This document shows positions 62,704 to 64,000 of a DNA stretch of 64,000 bases, piece after piece. Below the pieces are notes generated by a model that did not search any database, was not told the origin of the DNA, and was given only the letters and a program-made list of their open reading frames with translations. The position numbers and the translations under genes were made by a program. This stretch comes from Chrysomallon squamiferum (taxonomy: Eukaryota; Animalia; Mollusca), in NCBI GenBank assembly GCA_012295275.1, contig CM022677.1:16430001-16494000 (forward strand), in the 5' to 3' direction. Every line of letters begins with the position of its first letter. Positions within the stretch are counted from its first letter, which is position 1.

Positions 62704-63384
62704 AAGAAGAAGATACGCAGTCGATGACAATGATAACAACAATACTGTAACAAGTATAACTACTACTACTACATTATTATTAACACATCACTACTACAAC
62801 CACCACTAGTACTGCTATTAATACTACTGCCACTAACATTACGTCTAATATTACCGCAGCTACTATTACTACTACTACTACTACTACTACTATTACTACT
62901 AAACTACTACCACTACCTCTACCACTACCACAGCTATAACTACAGCTTTTACTCTGATTATTAATATAGTTATTATTATTGCTATTGATGCGTGGTGGTT
63001 GTTGTTCTTATCAGCATCGTCATCATAATCACAGATGGTCGAAGCTTCATTAATGTCACAGTGACCTTTTGTTTTTTAAATCAGGGAAAACCACTTTTTG
63101 CCGAGCGTGGTGTTTGTGGGCTTCAAACGGTAACCGTAGACAATAAACGAATTCATTTTTAAAATAAAATATTTTAGTATAATAAAAATAATAATAATAA
63201 AATAAATAAATAAATAAATAAGTCGTCAATTTCAGTATGATGTATTTGCCTCATTTGCCTCAATTAAGTTATGGCCGTGAATGATTTTTGTTACAGTATT
63301 TTTTATTTCTATTTTTATATTTATTGATTATCTAAATTACTTAGATTCAGACCATAGCAACATGTTACTGTAATTATTATTATT

Positions 63385-63386
63385 AT

Positions 63387-63433
<47 letters not shown>

Positions 63434-63603
63434 AAAGTAGTAGTAAAAGTACTAGTAATAGTAGTAGTAGTAGTAATAGTACTAGTAATACAAGTAGTAA
63501 TAGCAGCAGTAATAGTAGTAGTAGTAGCAGCAGTAGTAGTAGCAGTAGTAGCAGTAGAAGTAGTAGTAGTAGCAGTAGTAGTAGTAGTAGTAGTAGCAAC
63601 AGC

Positions 63604-63661
<58 letters not shown>

Positions 63662-63663
63662 CC

Positions 63664-63728
<65 letters not shown>

Positions 63729-63755
63729 CAGTAGTAGCAGTAGTAGTAGTAGTAG
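63385..63755. repeat. Long (TAG)n trinucleotide microsatellite
   Basis: Direct inspection. Source of the poly-L and poly-T ORFs in the track. Confidence 0.97.
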
Positions 63756-64000
63756 ATATTTTAAAATAACAATGAAGGAAAAAATACAAAAATGTTTTCT
63801 AGCCCAGTGGGTTTGTATAACCCGTTTTATTTTTGTTTTTATTAGTCTTCTGTTAACTTAATTGTTCATAGTTTTCATTTTTCTTATTATTTGACCGACA
63901 TTACTGAAAGATAAAATCAAGAAAAGTAAATTAAACTTATGAAAGGAAGATCAAACAGTTTGTTAAGTCAGATAATTTTTATTTTTGAGGGTACGCTTGG

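Overview
Eukaryotic, very AT-rich, microsatellite-dense animal DNA. The repeat landscape is typical of an octopod/cephalopod-like mollusc, which is inference only. The window holds a tandem family of GT11 alpha-1,2-fucosyltransferase (FUT1/FUT2-like) genes on the + strand: three intact copies with intronless CDS at 11620, 41953 and 48272, one decayed 5'-deleted copy at about 5387-6438, and several non-coding relics of the duplicated unit. The array is interrupted by a complete 23-coding-exon MEGF10/Draper/CED-1-like phagocytic receptor gene on the - strand (37599 to 19446; signal peptide, EMI, about 15-16 EGF repeats, TM, NPxY and YxxI motifs). As assembled, that gene has a 1-nt frameshift in exon 11 and a duplicated exon 22 across an N gap. 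The main unexplained structures are: (1) the receptor gene is bracketed by two inverted Tigger/pogo-derived elements whose outward TIRs coincide with the breaks in FUT-unit homology; (2) a degenerate array with a conserved AGGACTGCCAC core lies in the 5'UTR intron of each intact FUT and supplies its splice acceptor; (3) RFX X-boxes are conserved upstream of all FUT copies and of the receptor; (4) a young 66-bp satellite carrying GTTACGTAAT PAR-bZIP sites sits upstream of the last FUT. Most ORFs in the supplied track are microsatellite artefacts.
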